Shown piece by piece: positions 56,213-64,000 of a stretch of 64,000 nt of DNA. Below the pieces are notes generated by a model. That model saw nothing but the letters and a program-made list of their open reading frames with translations, was not told where the DNA came from and made no database searches. The DNA is from Gemmatimonadales bacterium (lineage in GTDB: Bacteria > Gemmatimonadota > Gemmatimonadetes > Gemmatimonadales > JACORV01). How positions within the stretch are numbered: position 1 is the stretch's first letter; every line of letters begins with the position of its first letter. Location of the stretch: positions 5,978 to 69,977 of the forward strand of contig JAUYOW010000146.1 in assembly GCA_030697825.1 (NCBI GenBank), given 5' to 3'. A program made the translations under genes and the position numbers.

Positions 56213-57921
56213 ACCGCGCTGGTCTCGAGCAGTTCCGCATGCCGGCCGGCGGCCGCAATGCCGCCGCCGTCGAGCACGGCGATCCGGTCGGCCGCGAGCA
56301 CGGTGCTGAGCCGGTGGGCGATGATCAGGGTGATGCCGTCCGGGCGCCCGTAGCGCAAGCCTTCGGCGACCGACCGCTCGGTGGGGCTGTCGAGCGCGCT
56401 GGTCGCTTCGTCGAGAATGAGGATCTGAGGCCGCGTCACGATCGCCCGCGCCAGAGCGAGACGTTGCCTCTGGCCGGCCGAGAGCTTCCCGCCGCGCGGT
56501 CCGACGCGGGTGCGGTAGCCGTCGGGTAGGGAGTGAATGAGCTCGTCCAGTCGGGCCGTCTGCGCGGCCTTCGCGACCGCGGGCGACGGGAGGTCACGGC
56601 CCAGCGAGATGTTCCAGTCGACCGGCTCGTCGAAGACGAAGCAGTCCTCGAACACGACGCCCAGGTTCCGCGCGAGCGACGCCCGCGCCACGCGATCCAG
56701 CGGCACACCGTCTACCAGAATCCTGCCCGACTGCGGGGCCCGCAGGCGGACGAGCAGCTGCGCCAGCGTGCTCTTGCCCGACCCGCTGGCTCCCACCACC
56801 GCGACCACCTCACCGCGCCGGAGCTCGAGATCCAGGCCCCGGAGCACCGGCTCGCCCCCGGCATACCGGAACCCAACCTGCTCCACGCTGATCCGCTCCA
56901 CCGGTGAATCCACCGCTTCGGACCCGTCGCGCTCGCCCGACGCGCGATCGCCCAGGAAGGCGAAGACGTTGAGCGTCGCACCCTCCTGCTCGGCCAGCGC
57001 CGACGCCGCCTCGGTGATGGCGCCGAACTGACCCTGGAGGCGGCGCAGCACGAACCCGAGGGCGAGGACCAGCGGCAGATTCCCGAACAGTTGATCCTGC
57101 CAAACGTTGAGCGCCACCAGCAGCGCGCCCAGGAGCACCACCGCGTAGAGCACTTCGGTCGCGGGCTTCACCGCGCTGCGCCAGCGGTGCAGGCCCATCG
57201 CTTCGCGATAGAGCGTCTGGTTCGTGCGGCGGTGGAGCGCCAACCGCTCCCGGCCGACGTCGTAGGCCTGGATCACGTGGAGCCCAGCGGCATCGTCGAG
57301 CACCAGCCGGCTCGAGTCCTCTTCCGCACGCACCATGAGCACCGAGTAGGCTCGAATCCGGCGGCCCGCGTAGGCGATGACACCGAAGCCGATCGCTCCG
57401 AGGACCGCCGCGGCCAGGCTCAGCCGCCACGACAGCAGCACGAGGGCCCCGCCGTAGACCGCCAGCAGCAGCGCGGCGTTCAGCAGCGCCACGAGCGCGG
57501 AGACCCCGGCGACCACCCGCTCGGTCTGCATCGAGAACAGGTTCACGAGCCTCCCCCCGCCGAGGACGGCCAGGTCCGCGTAGCGGGAGGCGTAGAACGC
57601 CTCCGCCAGTGACTCCCGGAGACGAAGGAGCACGCGCAGCTGGAGCCGGGCCGAGAGGACGCCGTTCAGGTAGCAAGCCGCGGCGCGGAGCAGGACGAGC
57701 GCGCCGATCGCGAGGACGATGAGCTGGAGTCTCTGCTCCGATCCTCGCTCGAAGGACTCGAGGAAGGGAACGAGCAGCGTGACCGAGGCCCCTTCGAGCA
57801 GGACGAGCGCCAGCGAAGTGCCGGCGACCGTCGCCGCGGGCCGCTTGAAGCCCCGGAGCGAGGTGATCACCTCTCGAACGTCTTTCCACCGGGAAGCCAG
57901 ACGCTGCGGCAGTCTCATCAC
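56152..57921 (-). CDS. ABC transporter, fused permease/ATPase (lasso peptide exporter candidate, McjD-like role)
   Basis: Six-TM exporter domain. Walker A GASGSGKST, signature LSAGQRQRLALARA, Walker B ILILDEATSALD. The start overlaps the stop of the upstream kinase gene. Confidence 0.9.
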   Translation of the reverse strand: MMRLPQRLASRWKDVREVITSLRGFKRPAATVAGTSLALVLLEGASVTLLVPFLESFERGSEQRLQLIVLAIGALVLLRAAACYLNGVLSARLQLRVLLRLRESLAEAFYASRYADLAVLGGGRLVNLFSMQTERVVAGVSALVALLNAALLLAVYGGALVLLSWRLSLAAAVLGAIGFGVIAYAGRRIRAYSVLMVRAEEDSSRLVLDDAAGLHVIQAYDVGRERLALHRRTNQTLYREAMGLHRWRSAVKPATEVLYAVVLLGALLVALNVWQDQLFGNLPLVLALGFVLRRLQGQFGAITEAASALAEQEGATLNVFAFLGDRASGERDGSEAVDSPVERISVEQVGFRYAGGEPVLRGLDLELRRGEVVAVVGASGSGKSTLAQLLVRLRAPQSGRILVDGVPLDRVARASLARNLGVVFEDCFVFDEPVDWNISLGRDLPSPAVAKAAQTARLDELIHSLPDGYRTRVGPRGGKLSAGQRQRLALARAIVTRPQILILDEATSALDSPTERSVAEGLRYGRPDGITLIIAHRLSTVLAADRIAVLDGGGIAAAGRHAELLETSAVYRRLVETQLVERAAEGVTP

Positions 57922-58865
57922 GAAAGGTCGGCCAGCACGGCCTCGCAGACGGCGGGGAGCAGGGACAGGCTCCGAGGGTAGCTCAGGCGCTTGACCGGCA
58001 CCGCGGCCACCAGCCGGCTGGCGAACGCGAACTGGTTAGCGAGACGGTCCCGGTCCACCACGATCGTATTGAACGAATTCCGGATCACCTCGAGAAACGC
58101 GTCGCGGGCAGAGAGCCGTTCCAGCTCAATGCGCGCTGCCGGGCGGCGACCCGCGGGCGTCGGCTCGGAGAGGACGTAGAGCGCCCGGAGCGGCGCCCGG
58201 CGACGGGACAGCTGCCCGGCGGCGAGGGGGAAAATCTGCTTGGACGTGCCGTTGTTCAACGGTGTCCCGCCCCGCTCAACGCCCAGCACTCGTCGCGAGA
58301 CGCTCGGGAAGAGCTTGAGCCGGGGCATCCCCGGGTGGACCGCATAGCCCGAGGCCGTCGGCTCGAGCGCCATCAGATCGTCGGTGAGGATCGGGAACCC
58401 CAGGCGCAGGAACGCCGCTCCCAGGGTGGATTTCCCGTACCCGCAGTTCCCGAGAAACGCGATCGCCTCTCCGTCGATGACGACGACCGTCCCGTGCAGC
58501 GGCTCCACGCCGAATAGGAGCAGCGAGAACGACAGCACCTGGCCGAGGAGGTACGTGCTGAAGGATTCCGGGGTGGCTCGCTTAAGCTGATGGTACCTGA
58601 TGTCGCGGCCGTCCGCCGAGACCAGGAACTCGAACAGCCCGGTCCACCGCAGGTACGTCGAACCGGTGCGGAGACGGCGGCAGTAGAACCAGTCGCGGCT
58701 CGGCCGGTCGGTGGTTTCCCGCCGAGCAATTCCCTCGAAGCGGGCCGGTTCCCCGACCCGGAGCCTCACATCCGGTCGCCGCGCCCGCTGAACCCGAGGG
58801 CACGGGAGGACGAGAGGGCTCACGAGCGAGAGCCCGTAGAGCCGATAATGCGCTGTCGACCTCAA
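57918..58865 (-). CDS. HPr kinase-like serine kinase (lasso-peptide tailoring kinase candidate)
   Basis: P-loop FLGNCGYGKSTLGAAF followed by PILTDDL, as in the HprK/P C-terminal domain. The TTG start overlaps the precursor stop (TTGA). Confidence 0.75.
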   Translation of the reverse strand: MRSTAHYRLYGLSLVSPLVLPCPRVQRARRPDVRLRVGEPARFEGIARRETTDRPSRDWFYCRRLRTGSTYLRWTGLFEFLVSADGRDIRYHQLKRATPESFSTYLLGQVLSFSLLLFGVEPLHGTVVVIDGEAIAFLGNCGYGKSTLGAAFLRLGFPILTDDLMALEPTASGYAVHPGMPRLKLFPSVSRRVLGVERGGTPLNNGTSKQIFPLAAGQLSRRRAPLRALYVLSEPTPAGRRPAARIELERLSARDAFLEVIRNSFNTIVVDRDRLANQFAFASRLVAAVPVKRLSYPRSLSLLPAVCEAVLADLS

Positions 58866-59038
58866 GCGTTAGTGCCGCTGGCCTTGGTCTTCGGCTTCCC
58901 ACCACCACCGTCGGCCGCGCTGCCGCCCTTAACTCTTGTCAGCGCGCTGATGTCGCCATGCACGGTAAGTTCCGGTGAACGATACGGCTTCTTTTTCCCG
59001 GTGCTCCGCTGGGACTGGCCTTTCTTCCCCTTGTTCAT
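58862..59038 (-). CDS. lasso peptide precursor (58 aa), not in the ORF track
   Basis: Codon-by-codon hand translation gives MNKGKKGQSQRSTGKKKPYRSPELTVHGDISALTRVKGGSAADGGGGKPKTKASGTNA. Residues 19-35 match the lasso leader motif YxxPxLx3Gx5Tx. ATGA overlap with the cyclase stop and TTGA overlap with the kinase start. Confidence 0.8.
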   Translation of the reverse strand: MNKGKKGQSQRSTGKKKPYRSPELTVHGDISALTRVKGGSAADGGGGKPKTKASGTNA

Positions 59039-60993
59039 ACAGTGCTCTCCGAGAGAGGGGTTGGGGGCCGGGCCGGAATTGCGCGCTCCCCGCCCAAGAA
59101 TACCTCAAGCCACACTTCCAAGGCAAACAGATCGGTGAGATCCCAGGTGCCGAGGCAGTCCGGACCCTCGAGCTCCGCGGCGAGGCCGGGAAGCGCGGCC
59201 GCCAGCCGACGCTCGTCAAGGTACCCCAGGCGAGCCGCCAACGAGCCTTGCGACAGCCGAGCGCAGACCTGCCCCAGGTCCCGGCCAATCCCACTGTTCG
59301 CGGCGGCCGTGAAGTCTGCCTTCCACGTTCGAGCGCGCAGCGGCTCGGGGAGGATGCCCCCCATCGCTTCCCGCAGCAGCGCCCGGGGAACGCCGTCCCG
59401 GTTCTGGATTTCTCCCGGCGCAGCCATGAGGAACGCGATGAGGTCACGATCCAGGAACGGGAAGGCCGCGTCCAGCCCGTGCAGCGCGGCGATCTTGTTG
59501 TTCCACTCCATGCAGTGCACGTGATACTTGGACCGGGCTTCCAGATACAGCGATCTCGCGTGGACGGAGTGGAAGCCGTCTCCGAACCACACGGGGCGGT
59601 TTGCGAACCTGAGCGCCCGGCGGCGGAAGGAATCCGAGAACCACGGCCTGGGTCGCTCCGGGCGGGAGATCATTCGGCGCAGCCACTTGAACAGCGGGGC
59701 CGCCGCACGCGGGACATAGTGCCGGGCGACATCGAGCACGAGCCGCCGCCTGAGCACCAGCGTCTCTTCCGGCCCGAAGAACCGCTGGTAGGTCCGGGTG
59801 TGTCGCTGGATCTGTCCGAAATCCAGCCGCCGGAAGAGATCCGCCAGATACGCGGCCGAAAACAGCATCTGGTCGCCCCAGTGCCCCGAGAGCAGCACCC
59901 GCGCGCCGGCCTCTCGGGCCCGAACATGTACTTCGCGGGTCACTCCCCAGAAGTAGTCCATAAAGGGCGCCTCGATGGCCCGCACCTGGTCCTCGGCGCC
60001 CCGGACCACACCGAGCAGAGGCTCGATGGGAATTCGCCCGACCGATACGCCGTACGCCTGCTCGATCTCACGCAGAAAACGCTGCTCGTCGGCCGCGGTG
60101 CCCTCGGCGCCCACGTAGGATATCCCGATCACGCCGGGAGCCGCGGCCCGTCCAGCGCGCCGAAGGGTTTCCGCCTGGCAGAAGATGGAGGATGAATCCA
60201 GGCCCCCGCTCACCGAAACGGCCACCGGGTGAACGGCACGCGTCCGACGCCGCACCGCTTCCGCGAACCGCTCGCGGAATGCTTCGGCGTATTCGCCGAA
60301 CGAGTTCAGGCGGAGCGTGCGGCCCCGGTCGAAATCCCAGTACCGCCGGGCCATCAACCGTTCGGGCGTCACTACGACGAGATGCGCCGGCACGACCGCG
60401 GAGATGCCCGTGAAGCAGGTGATGTCCTGGCGATCGACCGGCCGCGAAGCCAGGAGCAGGTAGTCGGCGAGGCCCTCGTCGTCGGGACGCGCCGGTATCT
60501 CCGGGTGCGCCAGCAACGCCTTGATTTCGGAGGCGAACGCACCCAGCCGGTCGCTGCGGAAGTAGTAGAGGGGGCGAACTCCGATCGGGTCGCGCACCAG
60601 TAGCAGGCGTCGCTGTCGCTCGTCGAAGACCGCCAGCGCGAAATCGCCGTTCAAGCGTCCGGGGAACCGCTCCCCCCAAGCCTCGTACGCCGCGAGCACG
60701 CACGCGGCGTCGCTGACCGTCGGGGGCAGTCGCAGCGCGCCAAGCAGCTCGTCGCGATTGTCGAGCCGGCCGTCCATGACCAGCATGGCGCCGCTGCGAC
60801 CCACGGGCGGCTGGACCTCGCCGGTCTCCTCGGGGGTCACCCACAGGTGCTGCCACGCGAAGCCAGCCGGGCCGGCCACCCGCCGGCCCTCGCCGTCGGG
60901 CCCGCGGTGGCGGAGCGCGGCACTCATGCGGGCCAGCAGCGCATCCTCCGCCGGCCGCGCATCGAGGTTGAACACTCCGACGATTCCGCTCAT
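59035..60993 (-). CDS. asparagine synthetase-like lasso peptide cyclase (C protein)
   Basis: The N-terminus is MSGIVG, with Ser replacing the glutaminase Cys of AsnB. PP-loop SVSGGLDSSS. 652 aa. Cluster context. Confidence 0.85.
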   Translation of the reverse strand: MSGIVGVFNLDARPAEDALLARMSAALRHRGPDGEGRRVAGPAGFAWQHLWVTPEETGEVQPPVGRSGAMLVMDGRLDNRDELLGALRLPPTVSDAACVLAAYEAWGERFPGRLNGDFALAVFDERQRRLLLVRDPIGVRPLYYFRSDRLGAFASEIKALLAHPEIPARPDDEGLADYLLLASRPVDRQDITCFTGISAVVPAHLVVVTPERLMARRYWDFDRGRTLRLNSFGEYAEAFRERFAEAVRRRTRAVHPVAVSVSGGLDSSSIFCQAETLRRAGRAAAPGVIGISYVGAEGTAADEQRFLREIEQAYGVSVGRIPIEPLLGVVRGAEDQVRAIEAPFMDYFWGVTREVHVRAREAGARVLLSGHWGDQMLFSAAYLADLFRRLDFGQIQRHTRTYQRFFGPEETLVLRRRLVLDVARHYVPRAAAPLFKWLRRMISRPERPRPWFSDSFRRRALRFANRPVWFGDGFHSVHARSLYLEARSKYHVHCMEWNNKIAALHGLDAAFPFLDRDLIAFLMAAPGEIQNRDGVPRALLREAMGGILPEPLRARTWKADFTAAANSGIGRDLGQVCARLSQGSLAARLGYLDERRLAAALPGLAAELEGPDCLGTWDLTDLFALEVWLEVFLGGERAIPARPPTPLSESTV

Positions 60994-61009
60994 AGATTAC
61001 ATTATAACA
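60994..61009 (-). promoter_or_regulatory. extended -10 promoter (TGTTATAAT) placed to give a leaderless cyclase mRNA; AT-rich divergent control region
   Basis: The minus strand reads tgt-TATAAT-gtaatct-ATG, so the -10 box ends 7 nt before the ATG at 60993. The surrounding 60994-61014 is conspicuously AT-rich in a GC-rich genome. A TATAAC on the + strand (61003-61008) faces the PqqD-like gene. Confidence 0.4.
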
Positions 61010-61039
61010 GATACTCCGACGCGCGAGCCAAGAGCCTCT

Positions 61040-61351
61040 ATGACTGCCCGCAACATTCCGGACTCGGCCACCGTCGTCGCGGCCGGGGACCTGCTCGCCA
61101 GCGAATTCGGCGCCGAGCTGGTGATCCTCAACCTGCGGGACGGCGTGTACTACGGGATGGAGGACGTCGGCGCGCGCGTCTGGAGCCTCTTGCAACGACC
61201 CGTCACGGTCTCCGCCATCCGCGAGACGCTGGTCGCGGAATACGACGTCGAGCCGGCCCGCTGCGGGCGGGACGTGCGGGCACTGCTCCAGGATCTGGCC
61301 GCGCGCGCCCTGATCGAGGTCCGGGAGAGCGGTGATGGCGCTGTGGCGTAA
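61040..61351 (+). CDS. PqqD-family RiPP recognition element (lasso B1 protein)
   Basis: ATG at 61040 inside track ORF 60758..61351. ..GAELVILNLRDGVYYGMEDVGARVWSLLQRPVTVSAIRETLVAEYDV.. is the typical PqqD pattern. Confidence 0.85.
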   Translation: MTARNIPDSATVVAAGDLLASEFGAELVILNLRDGVYYGMEDVGARVWSLLQRPVTVSAIRETLVAEYDVEPARCGRDVRALLQDLAARALIEVRESGDGAVA

Positions 61352-61799
61352 GCTTCGCACCCTGAGCGCCGCCGACCGCCGCCTCCTCGCGGAAGCGGGG
61401 CTGCTGCTCGTGCTCACCCGGATCGGGCTCTGGCTCCTTCCCTACCCGAAGCTCCGGCGAGTGCTGGACCGGGCCCACCCTTCGGGGCGGGAACCGCCCC
61501 GCGAGTTCCCCAATCGCGTCTCCTGGGCGGTCACCGCCGTCGCGCGCAGGCTTCCGGGAATGACCTGCCTGGTTCAGAGTCTCACCGCACACGCCCTGCT
61601 GCACCGCCGGGGATATCGCGCCGATCTGCGCATCGGCGTCCATGAGCGCGCCAGCCACGCCGCGAGACCCCTCGAGGCCCATGCCTGGGTCGAGTGTGAG
61701 GGCCGCGTCGTGGTGGGGAAGGTCCAGAACCTGGCCGACTACACGGTTCTGACCCCGACCGCGCCGCCAGCTTCTCCCGCCACGCCAGACCCCTCATGA
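61335..61799 (+). CDS. transglutaminase-like lasso leader peptidase (B2 protein)
   Basis: Catalytic Cys context PGMTCLVQSLTAHALL and His context LEAHAWVECEG. It overlaps the B1 3' end (GTG 61332 is an alternative start). Confidence 0.85.
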   Translation: MALWRKLRTLSAADRRLLAEAGLLLVLTRIGLWLLPYPKLRRVLDRAHPSGREPPREFPNRVSWAVTAVARRLPGMTCLVQSLTAHALLHRRGYRADLRIGVHERASHAARPLEAHAWVECEGRVVVGKVQNLADYTVLTPTAPPASPATPDPS

Positions 61800-62935
61800 C
61801 CGCGGTGCTGCCCGCACACCTGGCCGACGGTCTCGCGGCGGTGCTCCGCGGCGAACGGGTCTCCTGGCGCTCGCTCGGCGTGGAACCGGCCGATCTGCTC
61901 GCGGTCTGTGCCGAGGAAGATCTCACCGGCCTGGTGCATCATCAGCTGGGCAACCTACCGGAAATCGGCTGGCCGCAGAGCCTCCGCGACAGCCTGACGC
62001 GCGAAGCCCGAGCGGGAGCGACGCGGGAGCTCCTCCGTCGCAGAGAACTGGTCACGGTGCTCGACGCCCTCGCGGCGCGAGATATCCACCCGATCCTGCT
62101 GAAGGGCACGCCGCTCGCGTACACGGTCTACGAGGCCCCGAGCCTCCGGCCCCGCAGCGACACCGACCTTCTGATATCGCGGGAGCAGACCGATACCGTC
62201 CGCCGCGTCATGACTGGGATCGGCTACTCGGCCACGAACTACTGCGACGGCGAGTTCCTGTTTTGCCAGTTTGAGCTTGGAAAAGAGGACGCGTTCGGCG
62301 TCGGTCACGCCTTCGATTTCCACTGGAAGATCAGCACCCAGTCCGCCTTCGCCGATCTCCTCAGCTATGACGAGCTCTCAGGTGACGCGACGCCCGTCCC
62401 CGCGCTCGGCGCCCACGCGCGCACCGCCGGAGCCGTCCACGCGCTGCTCCTGGCCTGCGTTCATCCGGTGATGCACCACCGAAACGTCGAGCGGCTCGTC
62501 TGGATCTACGACATCCACCTGCTCGCTGCACGGCTCTCGCGCGCCGAGTTCGACCGCCTCGCGGAGCTGGCAGTGCGCAAGGGCGTCGCCGCGATCTGTG
62601 CGCACCAGTTGGCGCTCGCCCGCTCGCGGCTCGGCACCCCCGTGCCCGACGAGGTGATCGCCGCCCTTGCCGCGCCCGGGCGTGAGGCCGAGCGATCGGC
62701 TTCCTACCTGGAGCCTGAGCGGCGGTGGAACGACGAGCTCCTGTCGAATGTCCGGGGATTGCCCCGCTGGACCGATCGCCTCCGCCTGTTGAAGGAAGTC
62801 GCGTTTCCCGCGCCAGGCTACATGCTCCGGGCCTACGGGTTGGACGGAGCCGCCTTCGGAAGCGCCCTGCTCCCCGCCCTCTACGTCCACCGCGGCGTGC
62901 GGGGCATCTGGAAAGTGTTGCGCAACCGCAAATAG
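61796..62935 (+). CDS. uncharacterised nucleotidyltransferase family protein (NTP_transf_5-like)
   Basis: ..PILLKGTPLAYTVYEAPSLRPRSDTDLLISREQTDTVRRVMTGIGY.. matches my memory of this family. ATGA overlap with B2. Confidence 0.7.
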   Translation: MTAVLPAHLADGLAAVLRGERVSWRSLGVEPADLLAVCAEEDLTGLVHHQLGNLPEIGWPQSLRDSLTREARAGATRELLRRRELVTVLDALAARDIHPILLKGTPLAYTVYEAPSLRPRSDTDLLISREQTDTVRRVMTGIGYSATNYCDGEFLFCQFELGKEDAFGVGHAFDFHWKISTQSAFADLLSYDELSGDATPVPALGAHARTAGAVHALLLACVHPVMHHRNVERLVWIYDIHLLAARLSRAEFDRLAELAVRKGVAAICAHQLALARSRLGTPVPDEVIAALAAPGREAERSASYLEPERRWNDELLSNVRGLPRWTDRLRLLKEVAFPAPGYMLRAYGLDGAAFGSALLPALYVHRGVRGIWKVLRNRK

Positions 62936-63109
62936 CCCTGCCCGGCGAGCCCGCTCGCCGACCCGGTCGATTGCCGCCGCGACCGTGACAAAACCCGCTA
63001 TTCCCGGTCATAGAGGCGATGGGCATGCGATCGTGTCTTTCGGGCTGATCCTCGGCGAACGTCCTTGGCCCGAATAGTTGGAACGGCACCAGTGGAGAAA
63101 CTCCGAATC

Positions 63110-63132
63110 GGCGCCGGTTCAGCGCCGGCGCC
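63110..63132. terminator. GC hairpin downstream of the BY-kinase gene
   Basis: 8-bp stem ggcgccgg / ccggcgcc with a 7-nt loop, 8 nt beyond the stop at 63140-63142. Confidence 0.35.
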
Positions 63133-63139
63133 CGCCGTG

Positions 63140-64000
63140 CTAGAAGAGGTGGGCGATCCGCTCGCGGAGGGCCGACAGCGGCCCGCGGCCCGTGGGCTGG
63201 TCCTTGCGGTAGTAGTAGTTGTAGTACTGGTCGCGCGTCTGCTGCACGCCGTTCAAGACCGAGCCGGCGACGCGGGCCTGGACGCGGCGCAACTGGCCGA
63301 GCGCGCGCTGGGCGGCGACCTCCTCCGTCTCGCCGGAGCGCAGGACCAGGATGACGGCGTCGGCCGAGGCGCCGAGCACGGCCGCGTCGGTCACGGCGAG
63401 CGTGGGCGGCAAGTCGAAGATCACCGTGTCATACTGGGTGCGCAGTTGCTCCAGGAGGCGGTGCATCGCCGCCGAGCCGAGCAGCTCCGACGGGTTCGGC
63501 GGCAGCGTGCCGGCCGGCAGGATATCGAGCTTCGGGATCACGTTGGGCCTGATGGCCTCGCGCAGCTGCGCGTTGCCGACCAGCACGTCCGTGAGCCCCG
63601 GCTCCTGCACCAGGTTGAAGGCGCGGTGAATCTGGGGACGGCGCAGGTCCGCGTCCACCAGGAGCGTCGTGGTGCCTTGCTGCGCGAGCGTGACCGCCAG
63701 GTTCGCCGCGGTCGTGCTCTTTCCCTCGCCCGGTCCCGGGCTGGTGGCACAGATGAGCTGTAGCGCCCGCTGTTCGGCATTCACGAAGGTGACGTTGGTG
63801 CGGAGCGCCCGGTAAGCCTCGCTGGACGGATCGTCGGGGCTGGCCAGCGACACCAGGTGGATCGCGCCTCGGCGTCGACCGTCCTTGCGGAGGCCACCGG
63901 CCGAGCGTGTCTCGAGCGGGATCAGGCCGAGGACCGGTATCTCCAGCGCGCGCTCGACGTCCGCCGCGGTCTTGATCGTCTGGTCCAGGTACTCGAGGAA
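63140..64000 (-). CDS. polysaccharide-biosynthesis tyrosine autokinase (BY-kinase / Wzc C-terminal domain), partial; N-terminal part lies beyond the right window edge
   Basis: Walker A SPGPGEGKST, Walker A' LLVDADLRRP, Walker B VIFDLPP, C-terminal Tyr cluster DQYYNYYYRKD. The frame stays open upstream of the track's GTG (63853) to position 64000 (..FLEYLDQTIKTAADVERALEIPVLGLIP..). Confidence 0.9.
   Translation of the reverse strand, partial: FLEYLDQTIKTAADVERALEIPVLGLIPLETRSAGGLRKDGRRRGAIHLVSLASPDDPSSEAYRALRTNVTFVNAEQRALQLICATSPGPGEGKSTTAANLAVTLAQQGTTTLLVDADLRRPQIHRAFNLVQEPGLTDVLVGNAQLREAIRPNVIPKLDILPAGTLPPNPSELLGSAAMHRLLEQLRTQYDTVIFDLPPTLAVTDAAVLGASADAVILVLRSGETEEVAAQRALGQLRRVQARVAGSVLNGVQQTRDQYYNYYYRKDQPTGRGPLSALRERIAHLF

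Overview
High-GC bacterial chromosome segment. A Gemmatimonadota-like origin is only my impression from the protein sequences and is not verified. About half the window is the translation and transcription supercluster, all on the + strand. It runs cysS, four tRNAs (Thr-Tyr-Gly-Thr), rpmG-secE-nusG-rplKAJL-rpoBC, then a two-gene interruption (a PLP decarboxylase on the - strand and a PAS-GGDEF-EAL protein on the + strand). It then continues unbroken through the str, S10 and spc operons, from rpsL to secY-adk-map. The left end carries a partial hypothetical gene, a PspA-centred module with three tandem small membrane and coiled-coil paralogues, and several membrane and TPR proteins. The right third carries GNAT, FTCD, suhB, trpS, pilT, a DapA-family gene, purA and a penicillin-acylase-family gene. 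After these comes the most interesting locus, a lasso-peptide biosynthetic cluster at 56152-62935, followed by the 3' part of a BY-kinase gene that runs off the right edge. The cluster comprises an Asn-synthetase-like cyclase, a PqqD-like RRE, a transglutaminase-like protease, an HPr-kinase-like kinase, a nucleotidyltransferase and an ABC exporter. Its 58-codon precursor gene (58862-59038, - strand) is absent from the ORF track. Three other real genes are also missing from the track: rpmG (50 codons) and the two edge-truncated ORFs. Most very long ORFs in the track (for example 2506 aa antisense to rpoBC) are high-GC shadow frames. Several intergenic spacers hold unusual short tandem repeats with G-quadruplex or hairpin potential. 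No rRNA, CRISPR array, transposase or integrase was seen.
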